Positions 42,448 through 53,168 are shown, counted from the first letter of the stretch. The stretch is 64,000 bases of DNA from Limnospira sp. (GCA_050045915.1 JBNGCR010000004.1:1354-65353), one strand, 5' to 3'. The notes: a model not told the origin generated them from the sequence alone. Translations and numbers: made by a program.

Positions 42448-44304
42448 CTATTTTTGAGACGGGGGAATTTGTTCGAGGGTGATCAAACCCTCCATGATTG
42501 ACTTGACGACGGGAGCCGCCACCAAGCCGCCGCTTCCCCCTTCCGGTTCGTCCACCACCGCCACGACCACATAGCGGGGAGCGTCAACCGGGATGATCCC
42601 CACGAAACTGGTGATGTAGCTTCCCCGATAGTAACCGCCACTCGCGCTCGCCTTCTCGGCCGTCCCGGTTTTTCCAGCAATTCGATATCCGGGAATTTGG
42701 GCATTTTTTCCAGTCCCGTCTTCAATGACCGTCTCCATCATTTCCACGACGGTTTGGGTCGTTTGCGGCGAAAAAACCTGCTGCGGTTCGGGTCGGGACA
42801 TCTGCCAATACAACTGTCCTTCGCTGTCGAACAGTCCTTCGACAACGTGGGGCGTAACCAGCTTTCCTCCGTTCGCCAAACTGGCGTTAATTTGGGCGAG
42901 TTGCAGGGGGGTAATTGAAAAGCCCTGGCCGAAAGAACTCGTCGCAATTTCGATCGGGACGTTGACAAATTGATCCGCACTTTTGAGGCTTCCGGTCGCC
43001 ACGAATGGCAGGTCGATGTCCAACGGTTTACCCAGTCCCAGACGCTGCAACCCCTCGTAGTAGACTTGGGGGTCCATTCGCTGCACGATGCGAACCATGC
43101 CGATGTTGCTGGAGTATTTGACGATATCGGTGATCGAAACCATCCCCCGGGCGCCGGCCGAGCTGAAATCCGCGTTGGAGATCGTCCACGGTCCCATCTG
43201 AATGCTGCCCTCGTCGTTGATGAGGGTATCCGGGGCGATCGCGCCGGCTTCCAGAGCCAGGGCGACGCCCATCGGTTTGAACGTCGAACCGGGTTCGTAT
43301 AGGTCGGTCAGCGCCCAATTCTTGAACAATTCCGGGTCGAATTTGTAGTATTGATTCGGATTGTAGGACGGTTCGTTGACGAGGGCGAGGATGGACCCGT
43401 CCCGGGCATCCATGACAATGGCGGTACCCCGTTTCGCTTTAAAAGCCTCCACCTGTTCGGCGAGGGCCGCCCGACCCAGTCGCTGCAGGCGAGAATCGAT
43501 GGTCAGGCGCAGTTCGAGGTCGTCCATCTGGACGAAACCCGTGGCCAGTTTAGCCGGAACCCAGGCCCCGTTCACGGCCCGCTGGAACAGCAGGGAGGGC
43601 ATGGTGCGCCGGAGCAAGTTTTCCTGGCTGTGTTCGACGCCGGCTTGGCCGTTGCCTTCGTCGTCTACATAACCGACTACATCGGCCCCCAGGCCTTCTT
43701 GGGGGTAGAGTCGGTGGGGGCGGCGGATTAGTTCCAAGCCGTCGAGTCGCAGGTTCAGGATGCGATCGCCCACCTCTTCCGCCACCGCGTCAGCCACTTT
43801 GATCCCACTCTCGGCACGCTCAAACACATCCAGCAATTCTTCAGACGTGGGGCTGCTGAGATCTGCGAGCACCAGCACCGAAGCCAGTTGTTGGGCGACC
43901 TCCTCCGGGGGTTTTTTGAATAGGATGGGGTGGGCGTAGAGGGTGTAAACTTGGCGGTCGATCGCCAAAATGTTGCCGTTGCGATCGGTGATGGGGCGAC
44001 GGGGGATGAAGGGCAACGATCGCTGCTGCTGCTGATATTGGGCCTGTTGTTTGAGGAACGGCCCCCGGGCAATTTGCAGACGAAATAGATTCGCGCCCAG
44101 CCCCAAAAGCCCCAGCAAAAGGGCCAACCACACTAAATAGAGGCGGAGGGGGATACATTTCGAGGTTCCGGAAGCCGGTCGGGGCGGTTGTTGCCGCACC
44201 TCAAATTTGGGGATCGGACCGGAGCGAGGTCGCCCCACCGGGAGAGGATTCGGGTTGCGCCGATTTGGGCTCGGAGAACCGGACGAATAGTCAGAAGAAG
44301 CCAT
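42448..44304 (-). CDS. ftsI: Class B penicillin-binding protein (FtsI-like)
   Basis: RRPITDRNG, EPGSTFK (SxxK), SSN (SxN) and KTGT motifs, with an N-terminal TM. Confidence 0.9.
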   Translation of the reverse strand: MASSDYSSGSPSPNRRNPNPLPVGRPRSGPIPKFEVRQQPPRPASGTSKCIPLRLYLVWLALLLGLLGLGANLFRLQIARGPFLKQQAQYQQQQRSLPFIPRRPITDRNGNILAIDRQVYTLYAHPILFKKPPEEVAQQLASVLVLADLSSPTSEELLDVFERAESGIKVADAVAEEVGDRILNLRLDGLELIRRPHRLYPQEGLGADVVGYVDDEGNGQAGVEHSQENLLRRTMPSLLFQRAVNGAWVPAKLATGFVQMDDLELRLTIDSRLQRLGRAALAEQVEAFKAKRGTAIVMDARDGSILALVNEPSYNPNQYYKFDPELFKNWALTDLYEPGSTFKPMGVALALEAGAIAPDTLINDEGSIQMGPWTISNADFSSAGARGMVSITDIVKYSSNIGMVRIVQRMDPQVYYEGLQRLGLGKPLDIDLPFVATGSLKSADQFVNVPIEIATSSFGQGFSITPLQLAQINASLANGGKLVTPHVVEGLFDSEGQLYWQMSRPEPQQVFSPQTTQTVVEMMETVIEDGTGKNAQIPGYRIAGKTGTAEKASASGGYYRGSYITSFVGIIPVDAPRYVVVAVVDEPEGGSGGLVAAPVVKSIMEGLITLEQIPPSQK

Positions 44305-44377
44305 GAGCCATTACACCCCCTGTTGATGCTGGAGTTGACGCGATCGCCCCAAATGTTCCGCATTGCCGGGCGCCCAC

Positions 44378-44962
44378 TCAATAGGCCAGCGGTCGGTTCG
44401 TCTCCGAAGTCGGAGACCAGAGGGGATTCAAAGTCGTTGCGGGTTCGGGCGAAACCGCCGGACGCAAGGGAGCCGGCTGGATGTAAATCATATCATCGGG
44501 ATTGGGGACAGCCAAGCCCCCCTCCGGATCTTCTGCCGATTCTACGATCGTATGCTTGAGGACTTCCTTGGCCGTGCGAAGCTGTTGTTCCTGGCGGCGC
44601 AGATTTTCCAATTGGGGATATTCCCGCGTCCAGCGAGATTCGCTGTAAACCGTCATTCCATAAAACGTGAGGGTCGTCCCCACCAGCAAGCCCGTCACCA
44701 CCGAAGAGAGTCGATGTAGCGTCGAAAGGGATTTGAGCCACCCGGGCCGCTCCTGTCGGAGGGGCGGCAACACCTCCACCCGCCTCGGGCTTACCTCAAC
44801 CGTCGTCGCCGGCGGTCTGACGCCGTAGGGGTCGGGGATGAGCGTCGGCTTCTGATGGTTGCGACTGAAAGGAATGACATTGTTCGGAGTCCGAGACGGC
44901 ACGAAGGGATTCGCCTCGATCCGTTTGGTGGGGCGGCGGGGTTTGAAGGCAACCGTCATCAC
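44378..44962 (-). CDS. Bitopic TM + coiled-coil protein, candidate FtsL-like
   Basis: Basic Pro-rich N-terminus, one TM (SSVVTGLLVGTTLTFYGMTVY) and a coiled coil (YPQLENLRRQEQQLRTAKEVLK). Directly upstream of ftsI on the same strand. Confidence 0.6.
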   Translation of the reverse strand: MMTVAFKPRRPTKRIEANPFVPSRTPNNVIPFSRNHQKPTLIPDPYGVRPPATTVEVSPRRVEVLPPLRQERPGWLKSLSTLHRLSSVVTGLLVGTTLTFYGMTVYSESRWTREYPQLENLRRQEQQLRTAKEVLKHTIVESAEDPEGGLAVPNPDDMIYIQPAPLRPAVSPEPATTLNPLWSPTSETNRPLAY

Positions 44963-44979
44963 TCATACCTCAAATTAAC

Positions 44980-45014
44980 TGGACATCCTCCCCGCCCTCA
45001 AGGGACGGGGATTC
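44980..45014 (-). mobile_element. Isolated IS605-type right-end hairpin
   Basis: Minus strand GAATCCCCGTCCCTTGAGGGCGGGGAGGATGTCCA versus GAATCCCCATCCGTTTACGGCGGGGAGGATGTCAA at 36643. Confidence 0.65.
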
Positions 45015-45504
45015 TTGGGTCCTCGGGGAGCAGCCGCTTAACCCCTCGCCAAGCATCGTAAGAACAATCCAATGCTATCACCCGCCCGTCGGAAATTAAA
45101 CGGTCTCCGGGCGAGGCCGTCGCGCGATCGAAACCCCGCCCTCACCCATCCGCCGAACTTCCCCAAAAATTCACCGCTGTCTCGCCCCCACCGCCCCGCA
45201 TCCCGGAGCCTCTCAAAATCGATCGCCTCAGAATGCCCCAACTTTCACCGCGCTTTGTATACTTGTGTTAAATATGCGATTCGTTGGGGATAGTACGCAA
45301 AAGGTCAAAAGACCCAAGACTGCTTCCCAGTGGGTATTTCATCCCTCCCGGATGAAAAATAGGGTGCCCCCCTAAAATCCCCATAACTATCCGTATGTTC
45401 AAAAGTTTGATATCCACAAAGATACAAACAAACCGTCAAAGAATTTAAGTATTCTGATACATTCGTTCTTTAGTAATCTCTTTGTTGTAGAGCATTTGAG
45501 ACCC

Positions 45505-47817
45505 ATGACCATCGCATTAGATCAGATCGACAGAATTGTTTGGAACCATCACCACAATCCCTTTGAAGTTCTCGGCCCCCATCAAATTGAAAAAGATGGG
45601 CAGACCGTTTGGGCTCTCCGAGCTTATCTCCCAAACGCTGATGCGGCGTGGGTCATTTTGCCCGAAGATCGGAAAGAATACCCCATGCACTCGGTCCATA
45701 ACCCGCACTTCTTCGAGTGCATCCTCGACATCCCGGAACTGAGCAACTATCAACTCCGCTACAAAGAAGGGGAACACGAGCGCGTCATCTACGACCCCTA
45801 CGCCTTCCGCTCCCCCAAACTGACCGACTTCGACATCCACCTATTCAGCGAAGGCAACCACCACCGTATTTATGAAAAACTCGGCGCCCACACCATGAAC
45901 CTCAACGGCGTTGACGGAGTCTACTTCGCCGTCTGGGCCCCGAGCGCCCGCAACGTCTCCGTGCTCGGAAACTTCAACCACTGGGACGGCCGCAAACACC
46001 AGATGCGGAAATTCGGCAACGGCGTCTGGGAACTGTTCATCCCCGAAATCGGCGTCGGGGAACCCTATAAATACGAGATCAAAAACTTCGACGGCCACAT
46101 CTACGAAAAATCCGACCCCTACGGCTTCCAACAAGAAATCCGCCCCAAAACCGCCTCCATCGTCGCCGAGTTAGACAACTACACCTGGAACGATGAAGAG
46201 TGGATGGAACAGCGCCGCCACAACGACCCCCTCGTGCACCCCATCTCCGTCTACGAGTGCCACCTGGGCTCTTGGAATCGCGCCGCCTTTTCCGAACCCC
46301 ACCAACTGCCTGACGGCAGCATCGAACCCGCCGTTCAAGCCGTAGAACTCGATCCGGGCAGCCGCTTCCTCACCTACCGGGAGCTGGCTGACCGCCTCAT
46401 CCCCTACGTCAAGGAACTCGGCTTCACCCACATCGAACTGCTCCCCGTCGCCGAACACCCCTTCGATGGTTCCTGGGGCTACCAGGTGACGGGCTACTAC
46501 GCCCCCACCTCCCGCTTCGGCACCCCCGAAGATTTTATGTATTTTGTAGACCAATGCCACCAACATGGCATCGGCGTTATCGTGGACTGGGTACCCGGCC
46601 ACTTTCCCAAAGACGGCCACGGGTTGGCGTTCTTCGACGGCACCCACCTCTATGAACACGGCGACCCCCGCAAGGGCGAACACAAGGGTTGGGGAACCCT
46701 GGTTTTCAACTATTCCCGCAACGAAGTCCGAAACTTCCTGGTTTCCAATGCCCTGTTCTGGTTCGACAAGTACCACATCGACGGCATCCGCGTCGATGCG
46801 GTGGCCTCCATCCTCTACCTCAACTACTGCCGGGAAGACGGGGAGTGGGTCGCCAATCAGTATGGTGGCTGCGAAAATATCGAGGGGGCCGATTTCATCC
46901 GCCAAACCAATCACGTCATTTTCAGTTACTTCCCCGGTATCCTCTCCATCGCAGAAGAGTCCACCTCCTGGCCGATGGTGTCCTGGCCTACCTACGTCGG
47001 CGGTTTGGGCTTCAACCTGAAGTGGAACATGGGTTGGATGCACGATATGTTGGACTACTTCCACATGGACCCCTGGTTCCGCCAGTTCCACCAAAATAAC
47101 GTCACGTTCAGCATCTGGTACCACCACAGCGAAAACTTCATGTTGGCCCTGTCCCACGATGAGGTAGTCCACGGCAAGAGCAATATATTGGGCAAAATGC
47201 CGGGGGATGACTGGCAAAAATTTGCCAACGTCCGGGCGCTGTTCACCTATATGTTTACCCATCCCGGCAAGAAGACTATTTTCATGGGGATGGAGTTCGC
47301 CCAGTGGAAGGAGTGGAACGCCTGGGGAACTCTGGAGTGGGAAATGCTGCAATTCCCGACACACCAGGGCATCAAGCGCTTTTTCAAGGATGTCAATGCC
47401 CTCTACCGCAACGAGCCGGCCCTGTACGAAAATGATTTTTCCGAGGAGGGGTTCCAGTGGGTTGACTGTAGCGACAACCGCCACAGTGTCGTCTCTTTCA
47501 TTCGCCGCGCCAAGGATACGGACGAATTTGTGGTGGTGGTGTGCAACTTTACGCCCCAACCCCACAGCCATTACCGGGTAGGGGTTCCGGAACCGGGCTT
47601 CTATACGGAATTGTTTAACAGCGACTCCGGGGAATACGGCGGCAGCAACATGGGGAATTTGGGCGGTAAGTGGACGGACGAGTGGTGGTTCCACAACTAT
47701 TCCCACTCCATTGACTTGTGCCTGCCACCCCTGGGGGTGCTAATTCTCAAGTTGGACCGGGAGAAAACGTCTCAAGCCTATCAGCAGGCGGAGTCTGAGG
47801 AAGCTGCGGACGGTTAA
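45505..47817 (+). CDS. glgB: 1,4-alpha-glucan branching enzyme
   Basis: [43 protein letters not shown] and [10 protein letters not shown] motifs. Confidence 0.98.
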   Translation: MTIALDQIDRIVWNHHHNPFEVLGPHQIEKDGQTVWALRAYLPNADAAWVILPEDRKEYPMHSVHNPHFFECILDIPELSNYQLRYKEGEHERVIYDPYAFRSPKLTDFDIHLFSEGNHHRIYEKLGAHTMNLNGVDGVYFAVWAPSARNVSVLGNFNHWDGRKHQMRKFGNGVWELFIPEIGVGEPYKYEIKNFDGHIYEKSDPYGFQQEIRPKTASIVAELDNYTWNDEEWMEQRRHNDPLVHPISVYECHLGSWNRAAFSEPHQLPDGSIEPAVQAVELDPGSRFLTYRELADRLIPYVKELGFTHIELLPVAEHPFDGSWGYQVTGYYAPTSRFGTPEDFMYFVDQCHQHGIGVIVDWVPGHFPKDGHGLAFFDGTHLYEHGDPRKGEHKGWGTLVFNYSRNEVRNFLVSNALFWFDKYHIDGIRVDAVASILYLNYCREDGEWVANQYGGCENIEGADFIRQTNHVIFSYFPGILSIAEESTSWPMVSWPTYVGGLGFNLKWNMGWMHDMLDYFHMDPWFRQFHQNNVTFSIWYHHSENFMLALSHDEVVHGKSNILGKMPGDDWQKFANVRALFTYMFTHPGKKTIFMGMEFAQWKEWNAWGTLEWEMLQFPTHQGIKRFFKDVNALYRNEPALYENDFSEEGFQWVDCSDNRHSVVSFIRRAKDTDEFVVVVCNFTPQPHSHYRVGVPEPGFYTELFNSDSGEYGGSNMGNLGGKWTDEWWFHNYSHSIDLCLPPLGVLILKLDREKTSQAYQQAESEEAADG

Positions 47818-47893
47818 ACTGTTGTTCGTCTGAGGTCCGGCGGATCGGGTTTGGAACCCGGACTGACTCCGATGGGATGTCGGATGTTGGCAA

Positions 47894-47930
47894 GGGGAAA
47901 GGGCTGAGTCCTTTCCCCCCCTTTTTTTTT
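47894..47930 (+). terminator. Intrinsic terminator after glgB
   Basis: GGGGAAAGG-7 nt-CCTTTCCCC followed by T9. Confidence 0.8.
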
Positions 47931-47931
47931 G

Positions 47932-48128
47932 GCTATAGCAATTCTTTAATCATTGGAAAAGGCTATAGCCCCCCAACCCTCCAATTCTGGGGGACTCGGA
48001 GCCGAAAGATTTTGACAAATGATTTCACTGCTATAGCAACCGGAAACCATTTTTAAATGATCTAGCCCCCAAACCCCCAATCTTGGGGACTCTGAGGCGA
48101 AAGATTTTTACGAATGATTTCACTGTTC
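47932..48128. repeat. Cluster of short repeats: two ~65-bp imperfect direct repeats (47966-48034, 48063-48128) and three GCTATAGC palindromes
   Basis: Both copies read TAGCCCCC...GGGGACTC...GAAAGATTTT...AATGATTTCACTG. Probable MITE-like debris. Confidence 0.7.
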
Positions 48129-48133
48129 TATCT

Positions 48134-48643
48134 CTATCGGTTGTAGCGATTGTAGCGGTCGTAGGGATTGTTTCGATTCCCACCTCTATCAAACCGGTCG
48201 TAGCGGTCGTAGCGGTCATAGCGGTCATAGCGGTCATAGCGGTTATCCCGATCGTCCCGGTCGTAGCGGTCTTTGTACCGTTTTTCCCAGTCCTTTTTCT
48301 CGCGGTCGAGTTGGCGATCTAAGGCATCGTGAGCCTCCCGAATGACCCGCTCTTTTTGACTTTGGGAAAGGCGCTGATTGTGGGGTTTGTTCATCTCGTC
48401 CCGCATTTCCCGTTCGAGCTGCTCGTGTCGTCGTTGGCGGTACTCGTCAAAATCCCGCTCGAAGCGGTTTTTGTAATCGCGATCGGATCGGCGATCGGCG
48501 ATTGAGAATTCCTCCATTCCCGAAGTGCCCGTTTCTCGAACTGGCGAGGTCGGGAAAGCGATCGCGATCGCCGGAAGGGCGAACCCACCAGCCAGAACCA
48601 ATGTCGCGAGAGCCAAAGTGCGTTTCATTTTCGGTATCTCCAT
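48134..48643 (-). CDS. Secreted mixed-charge low-complexity protein with C-terminal (DRY)n repeats
   Basis: Signal peptide MKRTLALATLVLAGGFALPAIAIA (ATG at 48628 or 48643), an R/D/E/K-rich body and a tail YDRYDRYDRYDRYDRFDR encoded by 9-bp repeats at 48200-48244. Confidence 0.7.
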   Translation of the reverse strand: MEIPKMKRTLALATLVLAGGFALPAIAIAFPTSPVRETGTSGMEEFSIADRRSDRDYKNRFERDFDEYRQRRHEQLEREMRDEMNKPHNQRLSQSQKERVIREAHDALDRQLDREKKDWEKRYKDRYDRDDRDNRYDRYDRYDRYDRYDRFDRGGNRNNPYDRYNRYNR

Positions 48644-49002
48644 AAAGTCGGATGAATTTGCTCCCCAATACTTCTATTATGGAGGAGAGTTTCCGGGTTG
48701 GGCCTCACCAAAGTGGGGGAATTTTATCCTCGTTAGACCCGCCAAAAATCCGGTTCCTTTTTCCTCTGCACGATCGCGGATTTTTGTCAATCCCACCGGT
48801 TAATTTAAAGATCGATTTGCCCCGGCAAATGTTCCCGGCCCGCCGGCCGAAATCGTCCTCCCCGATCGCCGCGACGGCTCCTGACGGCCCAATTTCTCCG
48901 ACGCGCCGCCGGGTGGAACGAAACCGATCGCCGGACGGGGTAAGATAGAAGGTTAGAAAAACTTAATAATTTGATTCTGTCGTTACCCCCAAAGAGGTCA
49001 CC

Positions 49003-50181
49003 TTGACTCAGCATCAAGATGCTATCGCGCCCCACGGCGGACAGCTCATCAATCGGATCGCCACTGCCGAACAGCGGAAGGAACTCATCGAAAAAGCCGA
49101 CGCCCTGCCGCGAGTGCAGCTCGACGCGCGATCGCTCTCCGACTTGGAACTGATCGCGATCGGCGGGTTCAGTCCCCTAACCGGCTTTATGGAACAGGCG
49201 GACTATACCAGTGTCGTCAACGATATGCGTTTGAGCGACGGACTCCCCTGGTCGATTCCCATCACCCTCTCCGTCTCCGAAGAACAGGCCGACGCCCTAT
49301 CCGAAGGCAGTTGGGTCCGCCTCGACTCCCCCGAAGGACAATTCGTCGGTGTCCTGGAACTGACCCAAAAATACACCTACGATAAAGAACTCGAAGCCAT
49401 CCACGTCTACCGCACCAACGACACCAACCACCCCGGCGTCAAAGTCGTCCACCAACAAGGGCCGGTGAACCTAGCCGGTCCGGTTTGGTTGCTCGAACGC
49501 CATTCCCATCCCCTGTTCCCGAGCTATCAAATCGACCCGGCCGACAGCCGCCTGCTGTTCCGGGAACGGGAGTGGAAAACCATCGTTGGGTTCCAAACCC
49601 GCAACCCCATCCACCGCGCCCACGAGTACATTCAAAAGTGCGCCCTGGAAACCGTTGACGGTTTGTTCCTGCACCCCCTTGTCGGTGCCACCAAATCCGA
49701 CGACATCCCCGCCGACGTGCGGATGCGCTGCTACGAAATCTTGATCGAGCGCTACTATCCGAAAAACCGGGTCATTTTGGCGATCAACCCCGCTGCCATG
49801 CGCTACGCCGGACCCCGGGAGGCGATCTTCCACGCCCTCGTCCGCAAAAATTACGGGTGCACCCACTTTATCGTCGGGCGAGATCACGCCGGCGTAGGGG
49901 ACTATTACGGAACCTACGATGCCCAGCACATCTTCGACGAGTTTGAACCGGGAGAGTTGGGAATCGTGCCGATGAAGTTTGAACACGCCTTTTACTGCAC
50001 CTTGACCGGAGGCATGGCGACCAACAAAACCAGCCCCAGCGACCCAGAACAGCGCATCCACCTGTCGGGGACGAAGGTTCGGGAGATGCTCCGTCGGGGC
50101 GAGATGCCACCGGGCGAATTTTCCCGTCCGGAAGTGGCGGCGGAATTGGTGAAAGCGATGCGGGTGAAAGTCGGAAGCTAA
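49003..50181 (+). CDS. sat: Sulfate adenylyltransferase
   Basis: [39 protein letters not shown] and GRDHAGVG motifs. Confidence 0.97.
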   Translation: MTQHQDAIAPHGGQLINRIATAEQRKELIEKADALPRVQLDARSLSDLELIAIGGFSPLTGFMEQADYTSVVNDMRLSDGLPWSIPITLSVSEEQADALSEGSWVRLDSPEGQFVGVLELTQKYTYDKELEAIHVYRTNDTNHPGVKVVHQQGPVNLAGPVWLLERHSHPLFPSYQIDPADSRLLFREREWKTIVGFQTRNPIHRAHEYIQKCALETVDGLFLHPLVGATKSDDIPADVRMRCYEILIERYYPKNRVILAINPAAMRYAGPREAIFHALVRKNYGCTHFIVGRDHAGVGDYYGTYDAQHIFDEFEPGELGIVPMKFEHAFYCTLTGGMATNKTSPSDPEQRIHLSGTKVREMLRRGEMPPGEFSRPEVAAELVKAMRVKVGS

Positions 50182-50520
50182 ATGGGTGGCGCGATTCCGC
50201 GTCCGGAACCGGGGCGGTCGCGATTCGGAGCCGGTCGGGGCGAAACACCGCCGATCCGCGATCGCCCGGAACGCAGTACGATCAAAGGGTCGGCTGAGTG
50301 GGGCGATCGAGTCCGCCACCATTCACCTCGCCGGACTGCTCTAACTGTGGATCTCTCAAAGATTCGATGCTACTCTCAGAGCGAGTCTAGCGTTGTTGCA
50401 CCCATTGCGGTAACGATTGACCGGGTGCGGCCAACAGTCCGGGTTGACGCAGGAAGTAAACAGTAATACGGATTTATACCGTGTTGTGTCAGTTTTACAA
50501 AGCAGGTTAGGAAGTCAATC

Positions 50521-52860
50521 ATGGGATTAAAGCGACGGGAATTTTTACAACGCTCCGGCGTGGCGCTGGCCGCTTTGGGAATGGGCGAAACGGCGTGGTG
50601 GCAGTTGAGCGATCGCTACCGACGGGCCTTAGCTGATCCGACAGGCCGGAAACTGGCCCTCCTCGTCGGCATCAACAAATATCCGACGGCCGAAACCCGG
50701 ACGGTCAAACCCCTGTCGGGGTGCGTCACAGACGTAGAGCTACAGCGGGAACTGTTGATCAGCCGATTCGGTTTCCAGGCCACCGACATCCTCACCCTCA
50801 CCGACAACAAAGCCACCCGAGAAAATATCGAAGCCGGCTTTACAGACCACCTCATCCAACAGGCGCGACCTGGGGATTTGGTGGTGTTTCACTTCAGTGG
50901 CTACGGCAGTTCCCTGCCCCCCCGCAACCCCGCCTCGAAGGGCGCATCGGTGCGACACTCCCTGATTCCCGTGGATGTCACCCTCGCCGACGACGAACCC
51001 CTCAACGATTTGATGGAAGATACTCTGTGGCTACTGCTGCGATCCCTCCCCACGGGGAACGTTGTCACCGTCCTCGACACCAGCTATGCCTACCCCGGCC
51101 ATCCCCGACAAGGCTTGCTGCGGGTGCGATCGGCTGCCGGACCGGCCACGGGCACAATTGGCGAAGCGGAACGGGACTCCCTCGCCCAACTCCTCGATCG
51201 CAACTCCCTGGCCCCCGAACAACTCGAACAGCGACGCCCCGGAGAACTTCCCGGTCTGGTCCTGAGCGCCGCCAAATCCTCCCAAGTGGCCACTGAAACC
51301 ACCTGGGGGGGATTCAGTGCCGGTTTGTTCACCTACGCCCTCACCCAAACCCTGTGGAACGTCACGGCGGCTTCCGACCTCAAAGACAGCCTCGGCCGCG
51401 TCGCCGGCGGGGTGGAGCGAGTGACCGGTCTGAGCCAACAGCCCCAACTGCGACAAAAACTCCCCGCTCCGGACTCCAAAGAATCCGGCATCTCCGCCCT
51501 GCCACTGAAGTCCCCCCCCGCCGACGGAACCATTACCGCCGTGGAAGATGGGGGCAAAACCGCCCGGCTGCTGTTAGCCGGATTGCCCCCCGCTGTCCTG
51601 AAAGCGGACACCGTCAATTCCCTATTCACCGTTATTTCCGAACCTCCGGCGACACCGGAGAACCTGCGACCCCGCCTGCAAATTCGCTCCCGCAACGGGC
51701 TGCGGGCGACTGCCGAACTGCAACTGTTGGAATCCCTCGGCCTCCCCACCCCCCCCATCCAGCCGCGACAGTTGGTTCGGGAGGCGATTCGGATTGTACC
51801 CCGCAACGTCAGTTTGAAAATCGGCCTCGACCCCAAACTCGACCGCATCGAGCGGGTGGACGCCACTAGCGCCTTTTCAACCATCCCCGAAGTCTCCATT
51901 GCCGGTGAGGAACAGTTTATCGACTACCTGTTGAGTCGGGTGCGAGACACCACCATCGCCCAGAGTCCCACCGCCCCCCTGATGTCCCTATTTCAGGGCC
52001 ACTACGGCCTCTTTTCCGCCGGCCAGGTGTTGATCCCCGACACCGCCGGGGAGGGGGGGGAAGCGGTGAAAGTCGCCGTCGGACGCCTGATCCCCCACCT
52101 GAAAACGCGGCTGGCGACCAAGCTGCTGCAACTCACGGAAAACGATCGCTCCCGTTTGATACGGGCGAAAGTGACTTTGGCGATGTTGTCTCCCCAGGCC
52201 CGGGCGGTTGCCAAGCGGGAAACTCCCCAAACCGATGGGGGCGGGGGTTCCGGCTCGATGGCGATCGCGGGGACTCTGACCGGGTCTGCCACCGCCCGTT
52301 CCGAGAATTTCGGGATTCCCACCTTGCCCGCCGACAGCCGCATCCAGATGCAACTCCAAAATAACGGCGATCTGCCCCTTTATTTCATCCTGTTTCTTTT
52401 GGACACCCGCGGCCAACCCTACGTTTACGACGCCACTCTCCCGCCGGTTTCGATGTCCGAAGAGAGTGCTGACACCCTGCCCCGACAGCAGCGGGTCGAA
52501 CCGGGAAAAACCCTCAATATCCCTCCGACCAGCAGCCTCAATAGCGATGCCTCCCCTGATATGCTGCTCGGAGAACTCGTCCGGGGTCCGGCCGGACTGA
52601 CGGAAACTTACGTCATCGTCAGCCACTACCCCTTCACTCAGACGGTGAAGGCGATCGGTCGCGGCCTCAAAGATAGCGGCAATCCTCGTAAATTTCGGCT
52701 CCAATTTCTCGCCAACCCCCTGGAGGTGTCCCGGGCGGTTTTGGAAGATTTGGCACGGGCCAGCCAACTCGGGGTCAAGCGGAGCGGAATTTCCACCGAC
52801 AATCTGGCCTTGGATGTGAATGCCTGGGCGACATTTAATTTCATCTGTCGCGTCATCTGA
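50521..52860 (+). CDS. Caspase-family (C14) pseudo-orthocaspase with a Tat-like signal and a C-terminal DUF4384-like domain
   Basis: KRREFLQ twin-arginine motif, KLALLVGINKY and LSGCVTDV. The catalytic positions read HFSGYG (His to Tyr) and LDTSY (Cys to Ser). Confidence 0.85.
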   Translation: MGLKRREFLQRSGVALAALGMGETAWWQLSDRYRRALADPTGRKLALLVGINKYPTAETRTVKPLSGCVTDVELQRELLISRFGFQATDILTLTDNKATRENIEAGFTDHLIQQARPGDLVVFHFSGYGSSLPPRNPASKGASVRHSLIPVDVTLADDEPLNDLMEDTLWLLLRSLPTGNVVTVLDTSYAYPGHPRQGLLRVRSAAGPATGTIGEAERDSLAQLLDRNSLAPEQLEQRRPGELPGLVLSAAKSSQVATETTWGGFSAGLFTYALTQTLWNVTAASDLKDSLGRVAGGVERVTGLSQQPQLRQKLPAPDSKESGISALPLKSPPADGTITAVEDGGKTARLLLAGLPPAVLKADTVNSLFTVISEPPATPENLRPRLQIRSRNGLRATAELQLLESLGLPTPPIQPRQLVREAIRIVPRNVSLKIGLDPKLDRIERVDATSAFSTIPEVSIAGEEQFIDYLLSRVRDTTIAQSPTAPLMSLFQGHYGLFSAGQVLIPDTAGEGGEAVKVAVGRLIPHLKTRLATKLLQLTENDRSRLIRAKVTLAMLSPQARAVAKRETPQTDGGGGSGSMAIAGTLTGSATARSENFGIPTLPADSRIQMQLQNNGDLPLYFILFLLDTRGQPYVYDATLPPVSMSEESADTLPRQQRVEPGKTLNIPPTSSLNSDASPDMLLGELVRGPAGLTETYVIVSHYPFTQTVKAIGRGLKDSGNPRKFRLQFLANPLEVSRAVLEDLARASQLGVKRSGISTDNLALDVNAWATFNFICRVI

Positions 52861-52885
52861 GCTCGGGTCGGGTCGAACACGAAAG

Positions 52886-53050
52886 TCATTCGGGAACCGG
52901 GTAGCCCCGTCTCTTTAGAACCTGGCCCAAAGGCAACACGGCGGCTTGAGCTGAGGGCTGACAACTGACGGCCGATGCCTCCTGCACGACCTCCCAATAT
53001 CGACTCTTGATCGGCGATCGCGGCACCGTAGCGACCTTCTGAATCTTCAC
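52886..53050 (-). CDS. Possible small protein (54 aa)
   Basis: GTG-started ORF VKIQKVATVPRSPIKSRYWEVVQEASAVSCQPSAQAAVLPLGQVLKRRGYPVPE, below the track length cutoff. No recognised homology. Confidence 0.25.
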   Translation of the reverse strand: MKIQKVATVPRSPIKSRYWEVVQEASAVSCQPSAQAAVLPLGQVLKRRGYPVPE

Positions 53051-53168
53051 ACATCATGCGATAAAATAAGAATTAATCGTGCGATTCGTTCGGGAATGAA
53101 ATAGGGCTGAAATGCTTGAAATAACTTCCTGGTAAGGCTTCCATCCCCTTGGATCGATATAAGGGACG

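Noticed and set aside
46171-47706. 511-aa minus-strand ORF opposite glgB
   Set aside because: Antisense shadow of a highly conserved gene.
45505-47817. Apparent absence of HIP1 in glgB as a sign of horizontal transfer
   Set aside because: The protein is a typical cyanobacterial GlgB with host-like GC. This also shows that lack of HIP1 alone is weak evidence.
50182-50520. Possible structured RNA or tRNA-like element between sat and the caspase gene
   Set aside because: Only short GC-rich hairpins (e.g. GCACCC/GGGTGC). No cloverleaf, T-loop or recognisable Rfam motif.
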